NCBI GenBank assembly: GCA_965223505.1
Contig: CBDCWP010000038.1
Span: 64,001 to 128,000 of the forward strand
Direction of reading: 5' to 3'
DNA from: Planctomycetota bacterium
GTDB taxonomy: Bacteria > Planctomycetota > PLA2 > JAEUHO01
Length of the DNA stretch: 64,000 nucleotides
Positions 1 through 11,023 of the stretch are shown here, piece after piece. Position numbers and translations under genes: made by a program. The stretch's first letter is position 1; each line of letters starts with the position of its first letter. The notes under the pieces were generated by a model. The model ran no database searches. It had not been told where the DNA came from and saw only the letters and a program-made list of their open reading frames with translations.

Positions 1-3000
1 TCGCGATTGACGCCGAAGTGCTCCGCCAACGCCTTGCGATCGATCAGGTCGATCACCGCGTTTGCCGCCTTCACGACCTTCGCGGCCTGCTCCTCGTCCA
101 GCTCACCCTTTCCGAACGCGAGCGCCAACTCTTCGCTGTACACCGGCAGGTGCTTCGGATGCTGCTCGAGGATGCGCGCGGCGAGCTTGCCAAACGCCTC
201 GGTCTCTCCGCTCTTCCGCAGCTTCGCGAGCTGCTCGACCATGAAATCGCGCACCGCTTCGTTCGTCGCTTCGAGCGCGTCCGGCTCCTCGTCGTCCTCC
301 GCCGCGTCGTCCGGATCGTCGTCATCCAGGTCGGCGTGCTTCGGCGGTACCAGGTAGCGCACCGGGAAGCCCTCCGGACGCTTGCCCGGACCCGCCTCGA
401 GAGCATCCGGCGCGCCGTAGCTGATCGTCCCGATCAGCTCGTCGCCGGGCGATGCCGACTTGGGCAGCTTGCCCTTGATCGCGGAGAGGAAGACGGCCGC
501 AGACTCACCTGCCAGAAGCGTACGGTCCTCGAAGTCGGACCGCCCCACGAGCGCGGCCTCGCCGGTCGGGTGGACCCCGAGCGAGATCGCCTTGCCGAGG
601 TGGATGTCAAGGAGCAGCGCCGTCTGCTTCAGCGCCTCGACGCGCTTCGCGCTCTCGTGCCGGAAGTGGAACCGCACCCGATACGTACCCGCGTCCAGCT
701 TGACGTCTTCGTCGCCACCGCCGCCCGCGCGTAGCAGGCGACGATTCGCGTCGAAGAGCATCCAGAGGCTCGACGAGTGCGCGTCCCAGACGCCGTCTTC
801 GGTCGCCAGAGACGTCTTCAGATCGATCGTCGCGTCGTCTTCGAGCTCGAACTCGTACGTCAGCACGCACTGGTGGATCCGGCGCCCCTCGGGCAGCACG
901 TCCCGGTCGTCGTCCAGCGGCTTCGCCTCGAACGCAACCGGTCGATAGCGCTTGCGCAGCTTGGTCAGCTCGGCGCTCGGCTTGACGTCCTCGTTGCGGA
1001 ACGGGGCCGTCACGAGGACGCGTGTCGCGTGCTCCGCCCCGTCGACGCACACAGTGCGGCAGTCGGGCATCAGCCCGTGAAAGCGCACCTCGATCTCGCA
1101 CGTGCTCTCTCCGTGACTGGACCAATACTGCGACAGGCACACCTCGAGCGTGCGCCCACCCTCGACGATGACCCCGTAGCCCTCTTCCTCGTTCGGATCG
1201 AGCCGCGTCCACTCTTCGGTCTTCTGATAGGCCAGGCCCGGCACCAGGTGCGTCGTCTGCAACGCGTAGACGCGCGAGGCCTCGTTGTCGCCCGCGCGCA
1301 GCGTCACGTCGGCCCAGGTCGCTCCGGGCGGCACCGCCAGGAACGTACGCACGAGCTTGCCGGGCGTGAACGCGACGGTCTCGCGCCAACGGTAATCGTC
1401 CTCGGCCGACACCGCCGTCGGACGAATCACGGTCACGGGCACGCGGAACAACGGTCCTCGGTCCGGCGCACGATCGTCGTAGCCGCGCACCTCCCCTTCG
1501 TGAGCGCCCGGCGGGAGCGCGGTCGGATCGACCCTCACGTCGAACGTCTCGCCGCCGTGCGTGAGCAGGAGATGGCGCGGCGCCTCGATCCACACTGCGC
1601 TCGACTCGAGCCGGATCCGGTTCCGATACGCCACGCGACGGCGGTGGTCTTCGTCCTCGTGGAAATGCGGCTTCACGCGCACGCGCGCCTCGAGGACGCG
1701 GGCGGCTTCGAGGGGCTCGCGCACGTAGATGCCGCGCGCGTCCCGGCGCCGCGGGAGCGTCACCTCGTAGCGGACGTCCTCGTCGCTTCGTTCGCCGTTC
1801 TGCTCCAAGTAGGCCCACGCCCGGTCGATCTGGATCAGCCCCGCGCCGACGTCGTACGCGCGCGCGCCCTCGGGACGTCGCGCGGTGTTCTCGAGCGCCC
1901 GCCGCACGCGGTGCGGCGAATACGGCATCTTGTTGGCCTTCATCGCCGACCGCAACAGGGCGATGCCGCCGCACGCGTTGGGCGCCGACATGGACGTTCC
2001 GTTCATGTGCATCTGGCCCTGCAGCGACCAGGTCGGCACCGGCGCGATCGCGCCGCCCGGCGCGCTGAAGTCGACGCCGAAGGCGCCGTCGAGCGTCGGT
2101 CCACGCGACGACCACATGAAGTAGTTGGGCGGGACGTCCTTCCGCAACGCGTACTGCGCCTTCATCATCGACGGCGACAAGTACGCGCCGATGCCGAAGA
2201 TCGCCGACGTGGTCCCGCCGGGCCCGCCGACGGTCGAAAGGCCCGGCCCCTCGTTGCCCGCGCTCGCGACGAAGATCACGCCGTGCTTGTTGACGATCTC
2301 GGTGTAGAGCCGCGCCGTTCGAACGTCGTTCGGATAGGGGCTGGCGCCGCCGTAGCTCATGTTGATCAGGTCGCAGCCGTTCTCGAGCGCGGCGATGAGT
2401 CCACGCACGCTGCCGGTTCCGCTCGAGGACGAGTCGTTGCGCGTGTCGCCGATCTTGACCGAGACGATCTGCGCGCCGGGGGCGATGCCGTTCAGATCCG
2501 GGTCGTCGGGGAAGTGCGCCGCGACGATGCCCGCGACGTGGGTTCCGTGCGCGCCGGTGTCGACGACGATCGAGAGCGTGTCGCCGTCGTCGTAGACGTT
2601 CATGGCGTAGTTGAGCAGCGACTCGTCGCTGAACGTGGCGTACTGCCGCTCTGCGCGGAAGTTCGTGAGCACCGTCTCGTCGGTGAGGTCGCCGTCTTCG
2701 TCCGTGTCGAGCACGGCGCGCCACGTCGCGCCGTCGTGGAAGACGACGCAGTCGAAGACCGGGCCCGGGTCGTCGAACGAGAGCTTCTTCAGCTGTTCGA
2801 GTCGCAACTCGAGGTCTTCCTTCTGCTTCTTCGCCTCGGGCGTCTTGGCCTCGACGGCGTTCGCCGTCTCGAGCACCGCCTCCTGCGCCGCGATCGCAGC
2901 ACGCTGCTTCTCGTCCCACTTCTTGCGCGCCTTCTTCTTCAGCCGCCCGACCAACCGGCCGGGATACAGCTCGTAGGCGCGCTTGATGCCCAGGCGAACC

Positions 3001-3380
3001 TCGCCCTTCGGGCACTTCCAGTCCGGCGGAATCGCGATCGTACGGCCGGTCAGGCCCTCGACCTTTCCGTCCTTCACCTTCCGCACGGTGGACGTGTCGA
3101 CGTCGCCGCTGCCGGACCCGTCCACGACGTCGATGATCTTCGGATTGCCGTCCGAGGTCGTCTGCAGGCCGGCCGCGCCCGGATCGACGCCCGTGTCGAA
3201 GATCGCCACGACGACGCCGCGCCCGTCGTACTCGGGATGGGCCTGCAGGAAGCGGTCCGCCCCCGTTTCGGCCTTGGGCAACAGACCATGGTCCGGGAAT
3301 TCGTCTTCCGACGCAGCCGGCCGCATGCCCGCGGCCGTTAGCAACAACAGGAACAACCCGATCTGACGGGCGCGCACCAT
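1..3380 (-). CDS. Tripeptidyl-peptidase II-like subtilase (S8) with signal peptide; runs off the left edge of the window
   Basis: Not in the ORF track, translated by hand from ATG 3380 (GAGGAG RBS upstream): MVRARQIGLFLLLLTAAG...FPDHGLLPKAETGADRFLQAHPEYDGRGVVVAIFDTGVDPGA (catalytic Asp), GAHGTHVAGI (His), VASAGNEGP (oxyanion Asn), MNGTSMSAPNACGGIAL (Ser). These closely match eukaryotic TPP II signatures as recalled. Confidence 0.93.
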   Translation of the reverse strand, partial: MVRARQIGLFLLLLTAAGMRPAASEDEFPDHGLLPKAETGADRFLQAHPEYDGRGVVVAIFDTGVDPGAAGLQTTSDGNPKIIDVVDGSGSGDVDTSTVRKVKDGKVEGLTGRTIAIPPDWKCPKGEVRLGIKRAYELYPGRLVGRLKKKARKKWDEKQRAAIAAQEAVLETANAVEAKTPEAKKQKEDLELRLEQLKKLSFDDPGPVFDCVVFHDGATWRAVLDTDEDGDLTDETVLTNFRAERQYATFSDESLLNYAMNVYDDGDTLSIVVDTGAHGTHVAGIVAAHFPDDPDLNGIAPGAQIVSVKIGDTRNDSSSSGTGSVRGLIAALENGCDLINMSYGGASPYPNDVRTARLYTEIVNKHGVIFVASAGNEGPGLSTVGGPGGTTSAIFGIGAYLSPSMMKAQYALRKDVPPNYFMWSSRGPTLDGAFGVDFSAPGGAIAPVPTWSLQGQMHMNGTSMSAPNACGGIALLRSAMKANKMPYSPHRVRRALENTARRPEGARAYDVGAGLIQIDRAWAYLEQNGERSDEDVRYEVTLPRRRDARGIYVREPLEAARVLEARVRVKPHFHEDEDHRRRVAYRNRIRLESSAVWIEAPRHLLLTHGGETFDVRVDPTALPPGAHEGEVRGYDDRAPDRGPLFRVPVTVIRPTAVSAEDDYRWRETVAFTPGKLVRTFLAVPPGATWADVTLRAGDNEASRVYALQTTHLVPGLAYQKTEEWTRLDPNEEEGYGVIVEGGRTLEVCLSQYWSSHGESTCEIEVRFHGLMPDCRTVCVDGAEHATRVLVTAPFRNEDVKPSAELTKLRKRYRPVAFEAKPLDDDRDVLPEGRRIHQCVLTYEFELEDDATIDLKTSLATEDGVWDAHSSSLWMLFDANRRLLRAGGGGDEDVKLDAGTYRVRFHFRHESAKRVEALKQTALLLDIHLGKAISLGVHPTGEAALVGRSDFEDRTLLAGESAAVFLSAIKGKLPKSASPGDELIGTISYGAPDALEAGPGKRPEGFPVRYLVPPKHADLDDDDPDDAAEDDEEPDALEATNEAVRDFMVEQLAKLRKSGETEAFGKLAARILEQHPKHLPVYSEELALAFGKGELDEEQAAKVVKAANAVIDLIDRKALAEHFGVNR

Positions 3381-3484
3381 AGGACACTCCTCTTCCCCCG
3401 ACCGGAGGCGGGCGCCCCGTTCTACCGGGCTTGCAGCGCCTGACAACACCGCGGCGGTAGAATCGCCGTCAAGGAGACGACGCG

Positions 3485-4462
3485 ATGACCCGTGCCCTCT
3501 TGCTGGCAGCCGTGTTCGGCCTGTTCGTATTCTCCGCGCCGTACGCGCGCACGACCGATCTCGGTGACGGCAACGACGACGTCGCGAAGATGTTCGAGTC
3601 GTACAAGAAGGGCGGCCCCCGCACCAAGAAGAGCGACGCCAAGCGACGCGTGATGATGACCGGGTTCGGCCTCTTCTCCGGCGTCGACTACAACATCTCG
3701 GGCGTGGTCGTCGAGTCGATGGCGTCGGAGGACTTCTGGCCGACGGAAATCCTGGCGACCGCGATGTACGCGCCGCCGAAGCAGGAAAACGTCGGCAAGG
3801 GTGTGCTGAAGAAGAAGGACGGCGGCGCAAGAGTCTGGCAACGAACGCTGAAGGTCGCCGGCGAAGAGTACGAGGTCGCGTTCCTGTTGCTCGACGTCCT
3901 GTGGGACCTCGGGCCGGCCATCACGCTGTACGAAGCGCAGCACTTCCAGCCGCACCTGATCATCATGACGGGCCGCGGTGGCAAGCGGGCCGTGTTCGAA
4001 GGCGGCGCGGTCAACAACGCGACCAAGCACCCCGGCTTCCGCTACGACGGGAAGGCGGACGGCAAGAACCGCCCGGTGAGGTCCTTCGTGTTGGATCCCG
4101 AGCTCACCGGCATCGAAGCGGCCATCGCGACGACATGGGACAATCAGAAGCTGGCCGACATGGCGCGCGAGCAGATCCAGGCGATCGGCGACGCGAAGTT
4201 CGAGGTCGTCGCGCCCGCGAAGGCGCGGCCGGAGAACAACTACATCTGCAACAACATCACCGCGGCCGTCATGCACGGCCTCAAAGGCGTGGATGTCGAG
4301 CTCGCCGGGGGCAAGATCAAGCTGAAGGACGTCAAGCTGCCCGATACGCGCGGCGGGTTCTTCCACTATCCCGCGGCCGCGACGAACAAGGCGTGGCACG
4401 TCTGGCAGTGGTGCAGCGTGTGGCGGCACGTGATGCAACGGCACTTCGAGAAGCCGGACTAG
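3485..4462 (+). CDS. Secreted pyroglutamyl-peptidase I-like cysteine peptidase (C15)
   Basis: Signal peptide; MMTGFGLF..N.SG, FEGGAVN (Glu), NYICN (Cys), GFFHYP (His); AAGGAG RBS and a TAGAAT -10-like element upstream. Confidence 0.75.
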   Translation: MTRALLLAAVFGLFVFSAPYARTTDLGDGNDDVAKMFESYKKGGPRTKKSDAKRRVMMTGFGLFSGVDYNISGVVVESMASEDFWPTEILATAMYAPPKQENVGKGVLKKKDGGARVWQRTLKVAGEEYEVAFLLLDVLWDLGPAITLYEAQHFQPHLIIMTGRGGKRAVFEGGAVNNATKHPGFRYDGKADGKNRPVRSFVLDPELTGIEAAIATTWDNQKLADMAREQIQAIGDAKFEVVAPAKARPENNYICNNITAAVMHGLKGVDVELAGGKIKLKDVKLPDTRGGFFHYPAAATNKAWHVWQWCSVWRHVMQRHFEKPD

Positions 4463-4501
4463 GGTCTGCCTGAAGACTCGTCCTGCTGCGGTCGTCGGTC
4501 G

Positions 4502-5038
4502 TTAGTTGCCGTCCGCCATCTTGCTGGCCTCGGAGATGCCGACCGCCAGGCCCATGCAGAAGTACAACGCGCACGAGAACGCCCCCATGAATGAGGTCAG
4601 GATCGCGGTGTGCCCGGTGATCAGCATCGAGAGCACGCCCGTGAACAGGAACGTGAAGCCGCCCATCGGCCCTGTGAATCGCATGTAGGCGAGGACGACG
4701 CCGTAGACGGCGCCGAGCAACAGCTGCACCGGGAACAGCGCCCAGCCGACGGGTGTCATCACGTTGACCAGCACCAAGCCGATCGCGCCGCCGATGCCGT
4801 ACATGATCGCGCGTCGCTTCATGCGCTCGCCGGTCAGCGCGAAACGCTGTTCCTGCGCGAGACGCTTCATCATGAATTCGTCCTGGGCCTCCTGCGGCAG
4901 CATGCGCAGGCCCGCGCTGATGGGACGTCCCGTCACCGGGCACACGTCCTTCTCCCCCGGCGGCATGGCCTGCGGAGCGGGCGCGTTCGGCGCTTGCGGA
5001 GCGCGTGTCGGCGGCGCCTGGTGCTTGGTGGGGTCCAC
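4502..5038 (-). CDS. Hypothetical membrane protein
   Basis: 178-aa ORF with a Pro/Ala-rich N-terminus and several hydrophobic C-terminal segments; fits between neighbouring genes. Confidence 0.65.
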   Translation of the reverse strand: MDPTKHQAPPTRAPQAPNAPAPQAMPPGEKDVCPVTGRPISAGLRMLPQEAQDEFMMKRLAQEQRFALTGERMKRRAIMYGIGGAIGLVLVNVMTPVGWALFPVQLLLGAVYGVVLAYMRFTGPMGGFTFLFTGVLSMLITGHTAILTSFMGAFSCALYFCMGLAVGISEASKMADGN

Positions 5039-5103
5039 GCGTTCCTATCGTCCGGGCGCGCGAATCGACTGAAGCGTCCGACCTTACGGACGGCGAATTC
5101 CCG

Positions 5104-6051
5104 CTACGACCGCCAGGGAAGCCGCGACAGATCCACGTTGCCGCCGCTGAGAATCACGCCGACGCGCTTGCCCCTGACGAGCTCCGTCGCGCGAGCGACC
5201 GCCGCGACGGGCACCGCGCTCGACGGCTCGATGACGATCTTCATGCGCTCCCAGACCGTGCGCATGGCTTCCACGATCTCGGTTTCCGCCACGGCAACGA
5301 TGTCCGACAGGTGTTCGCGCAGGACGGCGAACGTGCGGTCGCTGAGCGACGTGCGCAGGCCGTCCGCGATCGTCTTCGCCGCGCCGACGGGGATCAGCGT
5401 GCCCGCGCGCAGCGACTGCAACGCGTCGTCCGCCTCGGCGGGCTCGGTCCCGTAGATGCCGACATCGGGATCGAGCCCGTGCGCCGCGATGCACGTGCCG
5501 CTCGCCAGTCCCCCACCGCCGACCGGCACGAAGAGCGCGTCGAGGTCCTCGACGTCTTCCATGAGCTCCAACGCCACCGTGCCCTGCCCTGCGATGATGC
5601 GGTCGTCGTCGTACGGGTGGATGAACGTCGCGCCGGTCTCCCGAACGACCTCGGTGGCGGTCGTCTCCCGCGCTGCGAGCGTCGGCTCGCACGGAACGAC
5701 GGTGGCGCCGTAGTCTTCGACCGCCGCGCGCTTGATCGCCGGCGCGTCGGTCGGCATGACGACGAACGCTCGGATCCCGCGCTGTTTCGCCGCCAGCGCG
5801 AGTGCCTGGGCATGATTGCCCGACGAGTGGGTCACGACGCCGCGTTCGGCCTCGGCGTCGGCGAGCATGCGCACGGCGTTGGTCGCGCCGCGGAACTTGA
5901 AGGCGCCGACCTTCTGGAAGTTCTCGCACTTGAAGTACAGCGAGCAGCCGTAGCGCTCGTCGAGATGGGCGTTCGTCAAGACCGGCGTTTGATGGGCCCG
6001 CCCCGCGATGCGGCGCGTGGCGTCCCGGACGTCGTCGAGCGTCACTCCCAT
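5104..6051 (-). CDS. PLP-dependent threonine/serine dehydratase or serine racemase family protein
   Basis: KCENFQKVGAFKFRG (PLP Lys), SSGNH, VGGGGL, EPSSA, SGGNVD; no regulatory domain; start overlaps the end of guaA. Confidence 0.9.
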   Translation of the reverse strand: MGVTLDDVRDATRRIAGRAHQTPVLTNAHLDERYGCSLYFKCENFQKVGAFKFRGATNAVRMLADAEAERGVVTHSSGNHAQALALAAKQRGIRAFVVMPTDAPAIKRAAVEDYGATVVPCEPTLAARETTATEVVRETGATFIHPYDDDRIIAGQGTVALELMEDVEDLDALFVPVGGGGLASGTCIAAHGLDPDVGIYGTEPAEADDALQSLRAGTLIPVGAAKTIADGLRTSLSDRTFAVLREHLSDIVAVAETEIVEAMRTVWERMKIVIEPSSAVPVAAVARATELVRGKRVGVILSGGNVDLSRLPWRS

Positions 6052-7592
6052 TCGATGGTGGACGGGGGCTTCGTGCTGATGTCGTAGACGACGCGGTTGA
6101 CACCCCGCACCTCGTTGATGATCCGGTTGCTGATCCGTCCGAGCACCTCGCGCGGCAGATCCGCCCAGTCGGCGGTCATTGCGTCGGTGCTTTCGACCGC
6201 GCGCACGGCGACGACGTTCTCGTACGTGCGCTCGTCGCCCATGACGCCGACCGTCTTCACGGGGACGAGCACGGCGAAGTACTGCCAGAGCTTCTCGTGT
6301 TCGCCGTCGCGCTCGATCTCCTGGCGCACGATCGCGTCGGCCTCGCGCAGCACGTGGAGACGCTCCGGGTCCACCGCGCCCGCGATCCGCACCGCCAACC
6401 CCGGCCCCGGGAACGGCTGCCGCTCGACGAAGCCGGCCGAGACGCCGAGCTCCCGGCCGATCGCGCGCACCTCGTCCTTGAAGAGGTCGCGAAACGGCTC
6501 GAGCAGCTCGAAGCCGAGCTCCTCAGGCAGCCCGCCGACGTTGTGGTGCGTCTTGATCGTCACGGACGCGCCGCCGAACGCCGACTGGCTCTCGATGACG
6601 TCCGGGTAGAGCGTGCCCTGCGCGAGCCACTTCACGTTCTCGACGCGCTCCGCCTCCGCCTTGAAGACGTCGACGAAGATGTGACCGATGCGCTTGCGCT
6701 TCTCCTCGGGATCCGTGACGTCCTTCAACGCGGCGACGAAGGTCTCGCCGGCGTCGGCAAACCGAACAGGCACATGGAAGTCGTTCTCGAACGCGTGGAG
6801 CACTGCCCGCGCCTCGTCCTTTCGAAGGAACCCGTTGTCCACGAAGATGCAGGTGAGGCGGTCGCCGATCGCCTTGTGGATGAGGACGGCGGCAACCGTC
6901 GAGTCCACGCCGCCACTGATGCCGCACAGGACCTTCTCGTCCTCGCCGACCTGCGCGCGGATCTTCGCGACGCACTCCTCGACGAACGAGGCCATCTGCC
7001 AGTCGCCGGATGCGCCGCAGACGTCGTAGAGGAAGTTGCGCAGCAGGTCGGTTCCCCGCGGCGTGTGGGTCACCTCGGGGTGGAACTGCACGCCGTAGAT
7101 CGGCTTGGCGGTGTGCCGCACGGCCGCGTACGGCGCGCTGGACGTTCGCGCGAGCGCTACGAACCCCTCCGGCACGCTCTCGACACGGTCGCCGTGGCTC
7201 ATCCACACGTCCATCTCATCGCCCAAGTCGTGGAAGAGCGCGTCGTCCTGCCCTGTGATCTCGATGCGCGCCGGACCGTACTCGCGCTCGACCGCGTGGT
7301 CGACCTCGCCGCCCAGCAGGTGGGTCGTGAGCTGCATGCCGTAGCAGATGCCGAGGATCGGGACGCCCTGGTCGTAAACGGCGACGTCCACGGTCGGCGC
7401 GTTGTCGGCGTACGCGCTCCAGGGACTGCCGGAGAAGAGGACGCCTTTGGCCTCGCCGATGCGCTCGGCGAGCTGCTGCGGCATGACGATCTCGGCGAAA
7501 CAGCCGAGCTCGCGCACGCGGCGCGCGATCAGCTGCGCGTACTGGCTGCCGAAGTCGACGACGAAGAAGCGCTGGTGTTCGACGTTCGTGCT
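6042..7592 (-). CDS. guaA: GMP synthase (glutamine-hydrolysing); start codon unresolved
   Basis: VVDFGSQYAQLIARRVRE, GICYGMQ, QFHPEV, SGGVDS, QGTLYPDVIES, KTHHNVGGLP, KPPSTIEWE. The conserved N-terminus lies upstream of the first in-frame GTG (7517). Confidence 0.95.
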   Translation of the reverse strand, partial: STNVEHQRFFVVDFGSQYAQLIARRVRELGCFAEIVMPQQLAERIGEAKGVLFSGSPWSAYADNAPTVDVAVYDQGVPILGICYGMQLTTHLLGGEVDHAVEREYGPARIEITGQDDALFHDLGDEMDVWMSHGDRVESVPEGFVALARTSSAPYAAVRHTAKPIYGVQFHPEVTHTPRGTDLLRNFLYDVCGASGDWQMASFVEECVAKIRAQVGEDEKVLCGISGGVDSTVAAVLIHKAIGDRLTCIFVDNGFLRKDEARAVLHAFENDFHVPVRFADAGETFVAALKDVTDPEEKRKRIGHIFVDVFKAEAERVENVKWLAQGTLYPDVIESQSAFGGASVTIKTHHNVGGLPEELGFELLEPFRDLFKDEVRAIGRELGVSAGFVERQPFPGPGLAVRIAGAVDPERLHVLREADAIVRQEIERDGEHEKLWQYFAVLVPVKTVGVMGDERTYENVVAVRAVESTDAMTADWADLPREVLGRISNRIINEVRGVNRVVYDISTKPPSTIEWE

Positions 7593-9074
<1,482 letters not shown>

Positions 9075-9079
9075 GACCC

Positions 9080-9108
9080 TTGGTACCGCCGCCGCCGGTA
9101 CCGGTCAA
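9080..9108 (-). promoter_or_regulatory. Putative sigma70-type promoter for a leaderless guaB transcript
   Basis: TTGACC (9108-9103), 17-nt spacer, TACCAA (9085-9080), then 5 nt to the ATG; no SD sequence. Confidence 0.5.
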
Positions 9109-9109
9109 G

Positions 9110-11023
9110 TTATGTCGTGCGAAGTCCGATCCGCCGCTTCCGGCGCGGAATCAGCAGCAGGTCGAGCACCAGGAACAGCACGGCGGCGGCGATCAGCCAG
9201 CGCCGCCAGATCTCGGACTCGGGGGTGATCTCGCCCACCGGCGGCGGCGCCTCGGACTGTTCGCGGGCGGGCGTGATGTCGCGCGCGGGGTCGAGATCGA
9301 CGAAGCCCGTTCGGCCCTGCCACACGGGTGACGCCGCCTCTCCGGTCGTGATCGTCGCTTCCCCGTGGGCGCCCGGCGGAACCCGCCACGCCGCACCTTC
9401 CGGATCCACGCGTGCCGTCACGGCGTCGCCCGCGCCGCCGTTCCGCCACCGCACGAGCGCGGTCGGTCCACCGGGCAGCGCCGTCCGCGGACGCAGTGCG
9501 TCACCCGTCCGGTAGAACGGCAGCAACGGCGCCTTGGGTGCGTGCGCGAGACGGCGGATCGCCTGCCGAATGAGGATCGGGATGCTGGGATCCATCAACA
9601 GCTCGGGATCGCCGTAGTCGAGACCGAGCACCACGTAGCGAACGCCGTCGCGCTCGCCTTCCGCGACGACGGGACGACCCTCGGCGTACGCCAACGGCCT
9701 GAGGCCTTCGCCGCGCACGGGTGTGGCGCGCTCGACGTACGGCGTGGTGAAGTCGAGTTGTCGAACGAGCGGATGATCGCGCTCCATCCGCCACACGAGC
9801 GGCTCGTCCATGACCTCGCCGACCTCGAACGGGAGGTCCCCGGCCAACGGCGCCAGGAACAGGTACGCGCCCGGTCGCAGCGCGCCCTCCGGCAACGCAA
9901 CGCCGTCGACGACGACGACGTCGCGCAGGTCCGCTTGCGCAAGCTCGGCGGGCGTCACGACCGTGCTTTCCGGCGCGTCGATGTCCTGCAGCGCGCCGAG
10001 CGTTTGCAGCGCCGCCACGGTGTGCCGGCGCGCCGCCTTGCCGCGCACGAGCATCACCGACGGCTTGAGCGGCGGCACCAGCCAGGCGCTCACTTGATCG
10101 TTGAGCACGAACGCGTCGCTGCCGCCGAGCGTCATCCGCAGCCACTCGCCCTGCGTCGGCGCCGCGGCGTCGAACGCGACGTCGACCGCGCCGTTCGGCT
10201 CCAGATCGAGCATCTCGTCGAAGACCACGCCGTCGCCGACGACCCCCACCAGCCGCCGCACCGTCTTGCGGTCCAGGCTGTTGCGCACGCGCGCCGTGAT
10301 GCGATACGCCGCGCCCTCCTGTTGCGGCGTCACGCCGAAGCCGACGATGCCCTGGTCGTCGCGCGCACGACCGGCGCCGAAGACCCAGATCTCGTCGGGT
10401 GTTGGACGTGCGGTGATCACGTGAACGGGCTCACCGAACATGTCCACTCCGGCAGCAGCGGCCGCCGCCTCTTCGGCCGCGCCCAGGTCGACACGCGACG
10501 AAGCCGGCTGGACTTCACCGCGTTCGACGCGGCGGCGCAACGCGTCGAGCTTCCCGGCGACGGCCTCGCGGTCCTCGGAGAGCGGTGACACGATTTGGAT
10601 CACGTCGCCCGCAACGAGGGCTCCGACGCGCCCGTCGGCATGCGCGCGGGCGTGCGCGGCGGCGAGCTCCAAGCCGTGCGCGAGACGCATGCGTCCATCG
10701 GCCTCGACGGCACGCGTCGTCACGTCCGCGTCGACGACGAGCATGAGGTCGAACGGCGACTTCTCGGCTTCCGCCGGACGCAGGCCGCCGATCGCCAACA
10801 CCACACACGCCAGCGCCAGCAACCGCGAACACAGCGCGGCCGTCTCCCGCAGCCTCCGGAAGCGCGCGATGGTGCGCGTCGTGCCGATCGTCTCGCGCAG
10901 GAGCCCGACGAACGGGACCTCGATGCGTCGCCGGCGCTTGAAGTACAGGTGCGCGACGATCACCGGCACACCGACCGCGAAGCCCCAGAGTGCGGCAGGC
11001 ATCGCGAGCTCGAGCCCCATCAT
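9110..11023 (-). CDS. BatA N-terminal / vWA-like domain membrane protein
   Basis: N-terminal P.ALWG..VGVPVIVAHLY.RRRR..VP (BatA-type double TM), degenerate vWA segment (LVVDADVTT), C-terminal TM anchor; coupled to the DUF58 gene. Confidence 0.7.
   Translation of the reverse strand: MMGLELAMPAALWGFAVGVPVIVAHLYFKRRRRIEVPFVGLLRETIGTTRTIARFRRLRETAALCSRLLALACVVLAIGGLRPAEAEKSPFDLMLVVDADVTTRAVEADGRMRLAHGLELAAAHARAHADGRVGALVAGDVIQIVSPLSEDREAVAGKLDALRRRVERGEVQPASSRVDLGAAEEAAAAAAGVDMFGEPVHVITARPTPDEIWVFGAGRARDDQGIVGFGVTPQQEGAAYRITARVRNSLDRKTVRRLVGVVGDGVVFDEMLDLEPNGAVDVAFDAAAPTQGEWLRMTLGGSDAFVLNDQVSAWLVPPLKPSVMLVRGKAARRHTVAALQTLGALQDIDAPESTVVTPAELAQADLRDVVVVDGVALPEGALRPGAYLFLAPLAGDLPFEVGEVMDEPLVWRMERDHPLVRQLDFTTPYVERATPVRGEGLRPLAYAEGRPVVAEGERDGVRYVVLGLDYGDPELLMDPSIPILIRQAIRRLAHAPKAPLLPFYRTGDALRPRTALPGGPTALVRWRNGGAGDAVTARVDPEGAAWRVPPGAHGEATITTGEAASPVWQGRTGFVDLDPARDITPAREQSEAPPPVGEITPESEIWRRWLIAAAVLFLVLDLLLIPRRKRRIGLRTT

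Noticed and set aside
607..3387. Long ORF-track entries (926 aa minus, 854 aa plus) and similar Arg/Ala-rich ORFs throughout, e.g. 6297-9515 and 39167-41914
   Set aside because: Shadow frames of real genes in high-GC DNA with no motifs; the true frame here is the TPP II-like gene.
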